A DNA stretch of 63,021 bases, counting the filler, from Reticulomyxa filosa (taxonomy: Eukaryota > Protista > Foraminifera): the NCBI GenBank assembly GCA_000512085.1. It is 14 parts of 14 records of this genome, joined end to end, with 100 filler letters (N's around TTAATTAATTAA, not from the genome) between each part and the next. Parts side by side here need not be neighbours in the genome. Positions count along the whole stretch, not along the records: positions 1 to 26,825 come from ASPP01006947.1; 13 more parts are not named here. One strand, given 5' to 3'. Position numbers and translations under genes: made by a program. Shown here one piece after another: positions 1 through 13,738 of the stretch. Positions within the stretch are counted from its first letter, which is position 1. Every line of letters begins with the position of its first letter. The notes below the pieces were generated by a model that saw nothing but the letters and a program-made list of their open reading frames with translations, made no database searches and had not been told where the DNA came from.

Positions 1-434
1 GGGGGGGTGCGTTCAAATCTTGCATAGTGTACTCTGCTGAGGCGTGTTCAGTTCGTCAAATGTGTCCGTACACGAAAAAACTTGCAGATTGTGTCATGCA
101 AGGGCTGAAGGCGTTTAAAGTGTATCGAAACATGTGCGTTGACGCTTTGGTTGAACAGTTCAATGCCTATGGAAGCTATCCTGAGATTTGTCATTTGATC
201 GTTAATTTTGCTTTTCCGACTATGTTAAGGGATATTTATTATTATTATTATTGTTTTTGGATTTACTGTGATTATTCTCTTTATGTGTAAAATACATTGT
301 TGTCGGTGTGGGGGTTTTTTCTTGCGTGCTATAGGAAAAAGACTTCAATATCCACCAAACGAAAACTTGATACACATACCCTTGACGACCCTCCTTCCAA
401 AAAAATCAAACTCACACCGGCATCTGCACATTAA
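1..434 (+). CDS. 3' end of an unidentified spliced gene (partial)
   Basis: ORF 27-290 runs into an AT-rich intron-like tract; a last exon after AG at ~333 reads KKTSISTKRKLDTHTLDDPPSKKIKLTPASAH* (NLS-like), stop 432-434. Confidence 0.4.
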
Positions 435-734
435 TGTCTAAATAACTTTATTGAAGCTAGGCCTTGCCAGCAAAAAAAAACTATTTTACCAATTATTTTG
501 AAAAAATACTGCTTTCGTTTCATCTCCGAAAATTTGTCTCGATGTCGACTCATTTATACTATTTTTTGACTTTCAATTATTTATCTTTTTTCTTCCCTCT
601 CAAAAAAAAATTAACTTCATTCGTGAAATAAATTCATCGTATTATTCAAATTTTCTTTATTTTTATTTATGTGTTGCTTGTTACTCTCCGGATGTTTTTG
701 GCAAAGGGGCTTGCTTGCAAAAAAATTTAAATTA

Positions 735-2160
735 ATGTTTTCTCAATTGATTATTGTTGTCTTCAGTTGCATCGTTTTGTTAAACATTGCAAGCGATGAG
801 CGTCTCAATACTTGTTCGGGGAGTTCAGAATTCGAGAGCAGAGTAGTGTCCGTGGAAAGACTGTCAACACTGTTGAACTATATCTCTCCACAGCACACGA
901 ACACTAAAAATCTTTTATTGTTGTTGTATCATGATCAATGTGCAGAAGATAAAAATAATACATATTTCACCGGAAGTGAAATGCACTTTGGACTGTCCTC
1001 AATAGAACTGTTGACAATTGCTATCGATTCGTTGCAAAACAAGGACAACACAAATATAGTCCGTGATTGGCATTTGCAATTGTTTGATCAACAATCAGGA
1101 CAATGTTCATTTTTTTTATTTCTGCGTGCAAAAAAAAGCACATATACTAACGTCTCGACACAAGTGAGACAAGACACTTCCATTGTGTGTGTCAATCCTG
1201 AATGTCGAGATATCCGCACATTTGGCAATTGGGTAAAAAAAATTATTGCCAGTATCAATTCAATTCCAAAATGGACATGACAAAGCTGTCCGACATATCA
1301 CATATGATTTTGACGAGAGGGTAACAAATGAAATCATTCAGCCAAATCGTACATTGTTTGAAAGGAGAGTGTATATTGGGGAGATATTTTTATGGCGAGA
1401 TTTTGACCATCCTGACAAACCTTTGATTGATTTCTATCTTGTAGATGGAGCCACTTCTTCTTATCGCATTACAATGCGCAACTCTTCCGCTCACCTTCAA
1501 AACGGTTTGGCGGAAATGTCAACAAAAGAGTGGCAACGGGTAAGATTGAGCAAAATATTTGTTCAATCACAATTGATGCCGAAATTTACACAAACTGGGT
1601 TTGCGATTCAATCATTTACCAACGTACAGTTTTTTGAAAGACTCCAAACCTATTACATTGAAAATCGAGTCAATGATAAAATGACGTTCAATGAATCTCT
1701 ACGAGGGGTCGTCTTCAACCAGGAAGAGTCTCCCATGACTATTGTACATCTGACGGAACAACTGGAAGTTGAATTATGGCATGAAATGGAGTCAGTAATG
1801 AAAAGCTGGCTGAACACTCGGGAATTGGAAATTACCTCGATTTATGGTGTTCGTGAGTATCACCGAAATGCCAGGATAGAATATCATGTGGACATGTGCC
1901 AAAGTCTAATTTTTGGAGCTATTATTAATATTGCTCAAAATTACACAGAACAAGACTATGAAAATGCGAAACATGAAATTTGGCCACTTATGATTTGGGA
2001 CAATCTTGGAATCGAACATCGCATTAACATGAAACCGGGCGACATAGTACTCTATGAAAGTGCTTCAAGACCTCATGCAAGATACTTACCAATGAACGGA
2101 GAATATTATGCAAATATTTTTATTCACTTTCAACCAATTGGATGGAAGTGTCCTTTCTGA
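735..2160 (+). CDS. Secreted 2OG-Fe(II) oxygenase (prolyl-4-hydroxylase-like)
   Basis: Signal-peptide-like MFSQLIIVVFSCIVLLNIAS; C-terminal YGVREY..YHVD (HxD)..WPL..MKPGDIVLYESASRPHAR..YANIFIHF; probable intron 1105-1164 with TACTAAC; ORFs 669-1280 and 1246-2160 join if one A is removed from the A8 run at 1235-1242. Confidence 0.75.
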
Positions 2161-2429
2161 CAATGTTTAACTTTCCAATTCATCTCTTTCAACCAGCATG
2201 GTGAAGTGTAGAAAAATATGAAAAGATGCCAATATTTTTTATTTTTCGAAAATTTTAAGAAAAATTAAAATTGTCATGTATTAAAGCTAAGAGAATATTA
2301 TTTTAAGAATTGCAAATGTTTGTAGACGTTCATTTTGGATATCTTCTTTTGTGATCGAGCTATTTTGCCTTTTGTTGTTGCCAAAGTGTTCCATTAATAT
2401 GTTTTTACAATTAACGAATTTTTTTGGGA

Positions 2430-5400
2430 TCAGCAATTTTTTGTGACAAAATAGTCAATCTCTTCTTTTAATGGAAGATTCTCAAACACCTGAAACTTGA
2501 TACAATTATCATCACTGCTGTTTTGGCTGCAAGAACTGTCAATAGACGGATACAACAGAGTTGGATTGTCTTTGTGCCATTTCAAGATTGCTGATCGTTG
2601 ATAACTTTTTCCGTTCAGTGCAATAACTGGATCTGTCATTATTTCTTTGCACAAGGGACACACATACTCTTGTGGAATGGACTGTTCATTTTTGTTACAA
2701 AAGCAAACAAACGAGACTAAGGCCAGTCTTTTTATTATTATTATTTAGACATACAACAAAAAAGGAAATGTTTGCCGAAAGCATAAGGTGGAGAAACAAC
2801 TATTTGATTGAATACATTCAAATGAGTATTAATTTTGAGCATTTGGATTTGCCTAAAGATGGCATTGGCGTGTTCGTATTTTTGAATCTTCCAAACAGTA
2901 TTCCATTGTTGAATAGTGATATTTATAGCATCACTTCCAGTGATATTTTTGTCAATCAAAAGGCAGCTTAATTCATTAATCACATCCAATGGAACATAGG
3001 TGGTAGAAATGGAATCCATTGAATCGACCTTGGGATCTATAAAATGCTCATCTTTTTTTGGTTTGTTTTTTTGTTTTAGATACAACACAATGTCATGGCA
3101 CGTCCATTTTTTCCAATTCATCTCGAATTCCTTCCATTCATTTCGTATCTCTTGAGCGAGCCTTGTTTTTAGCACTGTTGTATCCTGTTCATACAGTTGC
3201 AACGTGTTGAGTATGTCCGACGATCTTTCCATTAATTCCTTCAAGCTATTCGAAGGTTTCATATAGGTGTCTGCTTCTTTATTTAATTCAGTCACTCTTT
3301 GCTGTGTTTCTTTTTCCATTTGAGTCAATTGCTGCAATTCCTCGCGTTTTTGTTGTTTCAATTGTTGAATTTTTTTATGTCTGTTTTTCACATTGCTCAA
3401 TTCTTCCGATTTTTTTTCAATTACTTTTTCAATTTTGTGTCTAATGTCCTTCTCGAAAATAAAAATAAATAAAAAAACAACAACAATAACAAAAAATTGC
3501 AATAAATCTATTTTTTTTACTGTCGTTTTGTTTGTATTAACTGTCACCAAGCTTTGTTTTTCAATGACGTTAGTAACAATGGAGCCAATAGAATGTAGTT
3601 TATTGTCTTGTTCACGTCGCCATTTAGCAAAAGTGGAGCTCTTTTTGGCAAGAACGGAGGCAGCAGTAGATAATGCGACACTCGAGTTACTTGTGGAAAA
3701 TTGAAATTTTCTACTGTCAATCCATTCTTTTACGAGTATTTCAAACTTTGTAAACGTCGATTCAACGTCTTTGATCGCTGACAAGAGTTTCATCGAGTCT
3801 TCGGAAAGCGTTACTTGAGTGCTTGACTTCCGACAATCTTTTGCATGCAACAATGGAGCCAATGCATCCTCACTCTTGTTATCACTATCCTCCACTTCGG
3901 CTGCTTGGTATTCGTTACTAACGGCTTTTTTGGTCCAATGTGATTGCAATTTACCACTCACAGGGACAGCAAACGCAAGATCGGCCTCTCTATGGCAATT
4001 TTGATCTAATTTAGATTCCTCATCTTTCATCACATTATCTACGGTACCATGTATCCCATTCATCTGTGATAGCGATACGTCCTCTGGTGGCTGGATGCAC
4101 ACGAATACAAACCAAAAAAAAAATAGTCAAATAAATATCAATCAATCAAAGAAACTATATATGTATGTACATATATTGTTGTTAAAACTTTATGAAGATC
4201 ATCCGAATGAACAATTAAAATCAGCCTTTTGGAACTTTTCACTTGAAGAGGGGCAGAAATGGTATATTTGCAGTTGTCGAGCTTTTTGATGATTTGTCCG
4301 AGCAATGGCTTGTCTGTGAGACAAGTGGAATACACAACGATGTCATTGACCTTCCACTCTTTGTCACTAAATCCAGCGTCGAGCGTCTCGTCGCTCAATT
4401 TGTCTTGCTCCGGCTTGGTATGTGCACCGGCATGAACTGTCTTGGCATTGACATTGGCATTGGCATTGACATTGACATTGGCATTGCGATTGAGGTATAA
4501 TGCAGGTGACAAATACACATTGTGTTCGACTTGGCATAATTCCGCCTCGTCCGGACAAGGGGGAATTACACGAGCAGGTTCATTATCATTATCATTATCG
4601 TTGTTATTATCATTACCGTTGTTATTATCATTACCGTTGTTGTTATTATCATTATCATTGTCATCAATATTGGCATTGGTATTAACATTGGCATCATCTT
4701 TGTGTTCGAGATTGGCATTGGCATTTGTAAATTCACAGGAATACATCAGTGTTGCAGGAATGGCATCAAAATTGACGGCAGGTTTGGAATGGGGAGCATT
4801 GGCCACCTTTGTCAATCCTTTTCCTTGATCAGCGTCATCCGCGCGAGCGCAAGTCAAAGGCAAAGACGCCAGACTTTCGGACACGACCAAATTGGGCGGT
4901 TTTGGCACCGCTTCCATGGGTTGCGTAGCACTATCCTCTCTCGAGTTTGCACCATGCTCGACAGGGTCACTTATGTCTGCGGACAACGCGTTATTCGCTG
5001 ACAATTGCGGCGAGTCCGGAACAACCAGGAATTGACACTCATTCGACCGTTTCGATTGCGGCGGTACGTACTTTGCAAATCCGACAATGTCCCCTTCATT
5101 TTTGCACGCATTGCCTGCGGTCACTTCTTCTTTTTTTCGGGATTGGCTTTTGCCCGGGGAATTTATTACTTGAAAATATGTTTGCAATTGTCCACGCACT
5201 TTGCCGCCGTTTGGCATCACCTGCGGATCGTCTTCCAATCGCGGTGAAGGTGGTTTCTTTCTTTTGCGTCCTATTTGCGAGCCTTTGTCACTTTTTATCA
5301 TGCTTTTATTGGATAACTAAAATTATCCACCCCATTCCACCCAATTGATAATTTTTTTTTTTATTTCCTTTTTTTTTTTTTTTTTTTGCAAAAATACATG

Positions 5401-5780
5401 TTACATACGTATACACATATAATTTAAAAGTAATACTTTTTTTTTTTAACAGTTAATTTTGGCAAATTAGAAAGGTCTTTCTTCTGCAAAGAAGGAGGGT
5501 TCTCACACTCTGGAGAAAGTGCATTTTCGTCCATTACACCATTTTGCAATCGCTCAATGATGTTCATTAAAATATTCAAGTCAAATCTTTCACCATACTT
5601 TTTCTAATTCCCCCCATACACATACACATACACAGTGTTTTTTTTCTCTCTTATTTTCTTGCACTTGTTTTGCTTTGCTTGAATACAATATGTTTTTCCC
5701 TCACACTTGATGGATTTCAAAAGATTGATGCACATATTTAGGCTCAAATCCCATTTGCACTAGACGCTCCCGTGCTATTG
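2430..5780 (-). CDS. Multi-exon U-box E3 ubiquitin ligase with UBA-like N-terminus, low-complexity region, coiled coil and SAM-like domain
   Basis: U-box CPLCKEIMTDPVIALNGKSYQRSAILKW (2430-2663); SAM-like WKKWTCHDIVLYL..NITGSD..AIFRQIQML; UBA-like RERLVQMGFEPKYVHQSF (~5706-5775); ORFs 2741-4102 and 4138-5301 are separated by a GT-AG intron; true start uncertain. Confidence 0.75.
4440..4725. repeat. Coding microsatellites (NA/NV and ND/N repeats) inside the U-box gene
   Basis: (CATTGG/CATTGA)n and (CATTAT/GTT)n arrays encoding NANVNVNANAN and NDNNNGNDN on the - strand. Confidence 0.85.
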
Positions 5781-6506
5781 CAGAATAAACCGTTTTTTTG
5801 TTTGTTTGTTTGTTTTTGCTGATGTCATGCTCAAATATAAGGCATTGTTATGTATACGCCAGGGCAACAGAAATGAACACCAACAAATGTGCATTGTTTT
5901 TTCTTCACTGACTCTCTTCTATATTTTTGTCGTGTGGCGTATTGGGCTCTGACCTTTGAATTTATTTTGTAAGTCAATTTTTGTGATGCAAAGCTGAAAA
6001 AGCAATCACAGCCAACGCAAAGCAAAAAGCAAAACACAAACTGCATATGTTCTGTGGTTTGGGCGTTTCTCAGAGGCAAATGTGCACAATTTGGAGAAAA
6101 AATCGATTTATGACAGTAAAATGTAGCGGCAGACAGACATGCCACTCTTGTACAAACAAAAAAAGTTCAATTTAAAATCCAGGTAACTCCAAAAAAAGAG
6201 TTTTGGTCGCATTCTTACAAAAGTCTTAACACTAGGAAAATAAACCAAAAGTCAAAAAAAAAGCTCTTTAATATCCAGTTATGATGTTTTCGCTACATGT
6301 AATCAATTCATGGAAATAAAGTTATAGGAACCTGCCAGAGGAAAAAAAATTAGAAAACGATGCTACCAGGTAAAAATAACACAATAGTAAAAAGAAAGAT
6401 GATAGGACTATGCAAATTGGAAAAATCACATGAATAAGAGTGTAAAAATGCGAACAGAAGCAACAGCTGTGACAACAAAAAAAAAAAGTATATAAAATGT
6501 ATGATA

Positions 6507-7938
6507 TTATTGTGATTGAGAGGAGTCTTTCCATAAGTTATATTGTTGTTGTTTTTGGTTCCAAACATCATCAATGAATTGGGTTAAGCAGTTGTTCATG
6601 ACATCATATCTGTTGGCATAATTTTTGATATTTTCCAAGCGATTCCAAATTTCAGTCAGAAGGGTTTTGGAAAGTAGCAGTTCATCGTCAGCGAATTGTT
6701 TGGAATAAGCGGCAATTCTTTGGTAGTCTGAAGTGCGTTCAATGTCGCGTGCTTGTTTCGCCAGGTCGAATGTGTAATTGCGATGGCACGCTTTCATAAT
6801 AGGTTCCAAATATTCTTTTTTCCATTGCATGAAGTAATCATTTTTCCCGGGGGATTTTTTTAGATTCAACTAGATTTTATACATATACGTATATAAAAGA
6901 GGGGGGGGGAGGGGTCTAGGGATAAAAATAACATGAAATCGAAAAAAAAATCAAAGTAAGTTTGACAATAACTTTAGACACAGATAAAAAAATGGGGAAA
7001 GGATGAGCATCGATAGTTTCCCACAAATCGGCCAAAGTATTAGCGCATTCTTGTATGCTGCCGTGTTTGGCATATCGTTTGGCGCGATTGATCAAATTGA
7101 CACAGCGATTGCATATTCCAACATGGTTGATATAGTCGATCAAGCTTCGAAAATGGAGAGTGTTTTGAACAACAGTGGAGGCATGACTATCCATGGTCGC
7201 CAATTGTCTTTCGTGAATTCGTGTCTTCAAGTCATCAGGAGACAAAACTATGAGCGCTTCATGTTGCTCTTTATCGGTCGAGGCAGACAAAATATTGTCT
7301 GTATGTGTCTTGGATCGTTGTTTAATCTCAATTCTTGTTTGCGGAGACGTGGTCGACTTTTCTTCTTTTTCGACTTCGAATATGTCGATTTCATCCAGCA
7401 ATGGCTTCAATACTAATTGCTGCACTTGTGAGGGCGTGAGCAGCTGAGACTGTAATTGCTGTTGATAATGCGACAGCTCTTCTGCAGAGAGACGCACGCT
7501 GCCTAACTCCTCTGGATGCTCTAGTACTATCTCTTCCACTGCTTGCAGAAATGTACTCATCATTGCCACGTCGCCGACCATTGCAAACTTCATTGCGTTC
7601 GATAATCCCTTCTCAACTCGGTCATGGAACAATCCCGTCAATTCTCTCTTCGCTTGTCCAACTGTACTCCCTCCGGCTATTCCGAACTTTCGGGAAAATT
7701 CCGCCGAAGGAGGGTACACCGAAAAGTATATTGCTGTTCCTGTCATACCCAACGATGTCAAAAACAACATCTTGTAAAAACGATGTCGTGATTCTGATCT
7801 TGTCTTTCCTCCTATTTTTTCCACAAATCCATCCGCATTCCGTTCTGTCCATTTTGTCAATGCTGACGCTGGGCCTCGAGACAGTGCGTAGAACATGTCT
7901 CCTATTTTGCCCATCATATATGCATGTGGCGTATTCAT
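6507..7938 (-). CDS. Two-exon hypothetical protein with one N-proximal hydrophobic segment
   Basis: 340-aa and 120-aa ORFs separated by an intron-like tract (~6870-6975); TM-like FYKMLFLTSLGMTGTAIYFSVY; family not recognised. Confidence 0.6.
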
Positions 7939-8748
7939 TTTGGGGTTGGATGTGATTTATTAGCTATCAGCTTATTCACAATCACCAGTGGAAGATTATC
8001 AAAAATATTCGGCCAATTTTTTTTTTGGCAGGACATCAACGTTTTCGTTTGTTTTTTTAACGCAGGCCAGATCTGATTTAAAATCTCATGCACCATTTTT
8101 CCACACTGTTTTTAAAAATTTTGCACTGACTCTCGTGATATGTTTGCTTTTTTTTTTTAAAAGTATGAATCATCCTTTTAGATGCTATCAAAGATTGGAG
8201 GATTTTTTTTTAAATTTTAAACAAAAAGTAAACAAACAAAACAAAAAAACAAATAAAAACTTTGGCCACTTGCGTCCCATCACAAATAGAAAAAAAAAAG
8301 GCATAAAAGAGTGCAAAGAAAAACAAAGAAGAAAAAAATAAAATATATGAAACCTTCATTTAAGATTTCCAGTAGGTATCACAGTACAAATCAAGAACAT
8401 TTCCGAAAGTTATTTTGTCTCTTTTCCGTTTTTCCTCTTCTCACTCCTTGCCAAGAGCGAAAAAGCTGGGGAAAAAAAAAAGATTCAAGAAAACAAAACA
8501 ACAAGCCATCAACACATAAAAAAAAAAAAGAGAAGATTGTCCCATTTATACAATTATTGAAGATATAATTAAACACAAGAGATGGCAAACAAATAAAAAA
8601 AAAAAGAGCAAAACAAGGAAAAAGTTGTAAGGGAAGAAATAAAATATTAAGGAGGAGATTTTTCTTTTAAAGACAAGTAAGTAAGCAAACAGGAAAGTGA
8701 CAAAATGTAAATGATTTAAAAATAAATAAAGTAAAAAAAAGGGCCAAT

Positions 8749-11700
8749 TTATCTCGGATGCTTTAAATCGGAAGGCGATGCAATTGAAAACAAATCACTG
8801 CATTGCATAATTTTCATTCGAGTTCTCCATTCTTTGTCATTGTAGTAAGGATTTCGTAAAAGCACATTGCATGAATATATCTGTGCTGTCGGAAAGTATG
8901 ACCCGAAGACAACATTATTAGCACATTGTGAAGGGCAAATCACCGTCAATTTATCATGCCAAGAACAGTCAAATACAGGAAAGTCTTGGCATTGATTTGT
9001 TCTGATTCCAGGATAACACAAACAAACAAATACTCACATGCACACATGTATATAATACGTATACTATATATATATATCTATCTATCCAAATGGCCTTTTT
9101 GTGTTTTGTAACAAAATTAACAAATGATACAAACAACCTAATGAAGTCTTGATATAGCCTGCTCATAGAATCGTCTTTGGCCATAACAAAGTGTATGATT
9201 CTAAGTGATGCAATCATTTTGATTCGATTAAGGAATTGTCTTTGTTGTTCGTTAATTAGCCAAGTATTTTCGGCGCAATAATAATTCACTAACAATTTGA
9301 TTTCCCCCAAATTGCTTATTTCGTTGACTGATTCCTCCTCTTCTTTCGTAAAGGGAGACCCATTGTCAACGGCATGACTGTCTTCCATGTCATCTAATGA
9401 CATCACACTCGCCCTCGACTCCTTTGACGACAGTGCAGTCGTCGATTTGGCCTTCGTCCCGTCCTTCGTATTCTGTATCTTATCCCCAACAAATGTCACT
9501 TTCGCAAAGTCCGTAAACCATCGTTGAATTACCAGGGAATAAACTGATGGTGGAATTTTCAGGTCACCTCCCCATGCTTTTTTTTTTTTTTTTTAAAAAA
9601 AATGAATTGGATATAATACAGGTTTTTTTTTAAAAAAAAAAAAAAGAAAAGAGATAGTGAGTATTTTCGTCTCTCTCTTTTTTTCTATTCGTTTCTTGAA
9701 GCGATTTACCGGTGATGCTTAAATGAATTAATTGGCACTCATTCAATAACACATGTTGGAATTCCCTCAAAGCGGACATGTCACCACAATCGTAGTCCAA
9801 TCCCAAAAACTTGACATGTCGCAGCAATTTGTGGATACTCTTCAAATGGACGATGGAATAACTGCTAAATATCTGCAACGCTTGGATGTCAAAATAGGTT
9901 ATTTCCGTATTGCTCGTTTCTGCACCCGTGTCCAAACACTTTTTGTTGTTCGTCACTCCCAATGACTCTGGATCAGGAAATGGCAGGTTCGCTTCTTGCG
10001 TAAATTCATTGCTTTATTTTCCAATCCAAAAAAAAAAAAAAAAATATATACATATATATATATGTATATCATATATGTATGTAGTAAGAACACAAAACTC
10101 ATCAGGTTCATGATCACATCGCAAACTATCAATACTAACATAAAGCAATTTCGGACGATATCGATGCAAAAATCGATTGACATCGCGATATTGTTGTGAA
10201 TGAATGCAATGGCCTTCAAATTGCTCAGCCAATGGCAGAGTTTTTCCACCATGGGTGAATTCGACTTCGACGTGGAGGACTTTGCGCTCGGTACTGGTGT
10301 TTTCGATTCATACTTTTCTCGGCGGTCCGAACTTGAGAATGCAAGCTTCTTCCTGTTATGCTTTCTTTCCTTTTCTTCAATCACACGAACTTTTCCAAAG
10401 AATCGGTGATCGTTTTTCATCTCTTCCTCGGTTTGCATTAAACACTCCATTCTATTTATATTCAATATACATAAATATGTATGTGTGTGTATATATGTAT
10501 ATATTTACGTTTAGTTTATTTTCTATTTATACAAAAGGGGGGTGCAAAAAAAAAAAAAAAAAAGAGTGGAGAATCCGGAATTACTTTTAATTTTTATTTG
10601 CTTGTATATATTAAAAAAAAAAGCAAAACTTGGCGAGATTACGCTTGGCAACAGTTTGCAACGGCAAGGTATGAGTGTCTAAGAAAGGGAAAGTGTCTTG
10701 CAGTTGAAGACAATATTGCAATTCGAGATCGAATGGACGAAAGAAAGCAGAATCTAGCCTTCGCTTTTTTAACGGACTTTCAAAAGTGAAGGAAGGTCGA
10801 CAAGGGCTGCCAATTGCGCTGGCTTTGCTGGCATGTTTTTGAGGAGCCGAAATCTCGGCTTTTTGTAACTCAATGAAACTCCGTTTCTTATTCCTCGGCT
10901 TGTCGACCAAAAGAAGACGAGAAGCGCCACGAGTGCCATTACTGTTATTGCTACTGTTGGTTCCGCCCATGTTATTTGATGCGTAGTGTCGCAACAGCGT
11001 CTTCGTCAAGTTCATGCACTATTAGACATACAGAGAAAAGAAAGGTATACGTATGTTTTCTTGTGTAATGCATACGTATAGTATGTATATAATATATACA
11101 TACTATATGTGTGTTTTAGCATACCCTATCCTATTCCTCCTCCCCCCCCTCCCCCCTCCCCTCCTTTCTCTTCTTTCAATACAATCAAAAAACTAAACTT
11201 GCGATCCGAATTTCAAATTAACAACACATTTGGACAATTTGGTCAAGAAATAGTCTAAGGTATTGTGGTGATTAGGGTTGATCTTCAGGTATGTTTCATA
11301 TTCCTTTGGGTATAAGAAAAGCATGGGTTGAATCAGAATTTGATATAATGATGTTGGCTTTGTTCCACCCCTTTTACTTTGTTGCTTCTTTTTGCGATTT
11401 TCCTTGCCATTGATTTTCATCGTCACCGCACTTGCACATTCCGAACCCGACGACGACGATGACGATGCAAACTTACCATTTTTGTTGTAATTTACTGTAT
11501 TGTCGAAACATGCCCAGAGCTGATTGTTTGTCACTTCCTCCACGGGTGCGCCACGATATATCAAACGGCGAAACGTCGTGGAAACGCGTGCTAACATAAA
11601 TCTTTCCAATGTTGGTAAATATGTGCTCACATAGGCCAATAATTCGTCCCCCAATATGCGCTCTAATCTCCCCCCCCCACTCTCCCCTCTTAGAGTCGTG

Positions 11701-11977
11701 TTTTTGTTTTTTTTTTTTGTTCTTTTTTTATCAAACCTGTACTATACATCTCTAAATACGCTTTGTGGATGACATTATCTGATGCTTTTGTTAACGAACA
11801 GTGCAAATGTCGCTTTAATTCCTCGAAGGGGACGTACCGAAGAAGTTTGGCTACGTCGTGAACATTCTGGGCATGTGCTATCAGTTCGGACAATGTCTGA
11901 CGTTGGCTCATAAAAGATGGCAACATTTTTATTATTTTGGACCAGAAACGTTCAATTTCCTCTTCTCCCTGACTCAA
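8749..11977 (-). CDS. Multi-exon F-box / LRR-like protein
   Basis: F-box-like LGDELLAYVSTYLPTLERFMLARVSTTFRRLIY (~11560-11654); later exons have LRR-like LxxLxI patterns (LSNLKAIAF, LRHVKFLGL, LIHLSIT, ASLRIIHF); exons separated by homopolymer-rich introns. Confidence 0.7.
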
Positions 11978-12432
11978 GTTTGTCTGCTCCCTTTCGTAGT
12001 TTGTGCTCTTTTCTCATGATATCCCCCTCAGTTATTACTATCATATTAACAAGAGAACAAGAATTAAGACAAACCTATGCCTGGATGGACATAAATAAAA
12101 TGATGTCAAAAAAAATGCGTCTTACACTGAAGGAAAGAAATAAACAAAGTGCAACTGAAAAACGAGGAGTGCAGAGTTCAAATTTCTTTTTTTTGATGAA
12201 AAAATCTTTCCGTCCCTTTTAAAGCTTCTCTTATCTCGAATATGCCCAAGAAAAAATAAAACCAAAAAATAGCAAGACAAAATAAAAATAAAAAAACTAT
12301 CACAATCGGATCATAATTTCAAAAAAAAAGCAACACACTCCACACACAAAAAAAATAAAAATCAATGGGGATACACACATTCGATTAACAAAGGTCAGTT
12401 TTAAGAGAATAAATAGCTGCAAAAAAAGTTAT

Positions 12433-12849
12433 CTACTCTTTCCACCATTCTTTTATTTCAAATTTATCCAACTGCAAAAATCTTCGAATATATGACGATT
12501 GCGCCATTTGTCGGCCACTACATAATAATTTGTGGAAATATTCCTGCAAGGCAAGTCTTCTTTTGTCCAAAAAATTATCGTCAAGCTTTCGCCACATCGT
12601 TTTTCCCGGAAAATTACAGGCTAATGCTATTGGTCCTAGAGATGTGCTACATAAGTATTCATGTAACTGCAGAATCTCGCTGTAACGGTAATATATTACT
12701 CTTGTTTGTCGACCTCTCTTCACCACAAATTTAAACACTGCATATCTCGTGTGAGTCTTTTCGTCTTCTATTACTTTTGCTTCTGGAATTTCTACGGTGA
12801 AAAACTGTGTCCCAAACCGTTGTGAAAATTGTGACGGTGGAAAATACAT
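12433..12849 (-). CDS. PX (Phox) domain protein, sorting-nexin-like
   Basis: Single 138-aa ORF: YAVFKFVV..YYRYSEILQLHEYL..FPGK..FLDKRRLALQEYFHKLL..YIRRFL. Confidence 0.9.
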   Translation of the reverse strand: MYFPPSQFSQRFGTQFFTVEIPEAKVIEDEKTHTRYAVFKFVVKRGRQTRVIYYRYSEILQLHEYLCSTSLGPIALACNFPGKTMWRKLDDNFLDKRRLALQEYFHKLLCSGRQMAQSSYIRRFLQLDKFEIKEWWKE

Positions 12850-13738
12850 ATATTTTTAAGTTATAAAATCCTAATCCACCAAATAATTGATAAAATTAAT
12901 ATTTGGCCAGTTCAGTTAATTGTCTTTTTTTTGACAAACCCGTTGTATGATACACAGCAATTCACGCTGTATCCAAATTTGCTGCTATTTTAAATATGTC
13001 ATTCTGGGCATGTTTCATGCTAATTGAATTATTCTCATTTTTCAACATGAAAGAATAATAAATATACTACAAAAACAACACAATTTATTAGTTTCGATTT
13101 TCCTTTGCTGGTAAAAAAATTTACTCTTATCAAGCTGATAAGTTATCAACAATAAGTGATATAATACTATTGAAAAGTTATAGAAAATAGAAGTAAAGTT
13201 AAGTTATCTAAAAGAAAATATTGAAAGAAAGGTACATCGCTCAGACATAGTATACTAGCCACGATGCAATCGAAAATGAGCGTCCAACAGTAATTCTTGT
13301 CTTTTAAAATAGATCACAATTAAACGGCATTATTTAAAGTGTTATATTGTGGTGATTTAGAATTTGCTTAATCATCTTTGGTGTTATTGTCTGGCTTGTT
13401 TATTTGTTTCCTATATAAAAATTTATTGCATCATTAACATGTAAACCTACCAAAAACTCAAAAAGGAATAAAATTTACACTTAAACTCAATTTGAGATGA
13501 ACATGCAATATTAACTTGTAGACCATTATTAGTTGTGGTCGAATTCATCATGTGTATATCAATTGATAGAATGAAGTCGTTACAGGCTTTTTCTATGCAG
13601 TAATATTATCAAAAGCGCTTGCATATCCTTTGTACGAGTAATTTCGAGTTCTTATAAAAAGGACTGTTGTGAAGTGCGTAACTTGTGCCCTATCCGTGCA
13701 AACGTAAAAAATTAGGCGCCCTTAAAAAAAACGTTCCT

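Noticed and set aside
1233-1252. 20-nt GT-AG micro-intron joining the two oxygenase ORFs
   Set aside because: Splicing it does not enter the downstream reading frame; a 1-nt homopolymer indel does
4243-5348. Several + strand ORFs over the U-box gene
   Set aside because: Antisense shadows of a GC-richer, repetitive exon
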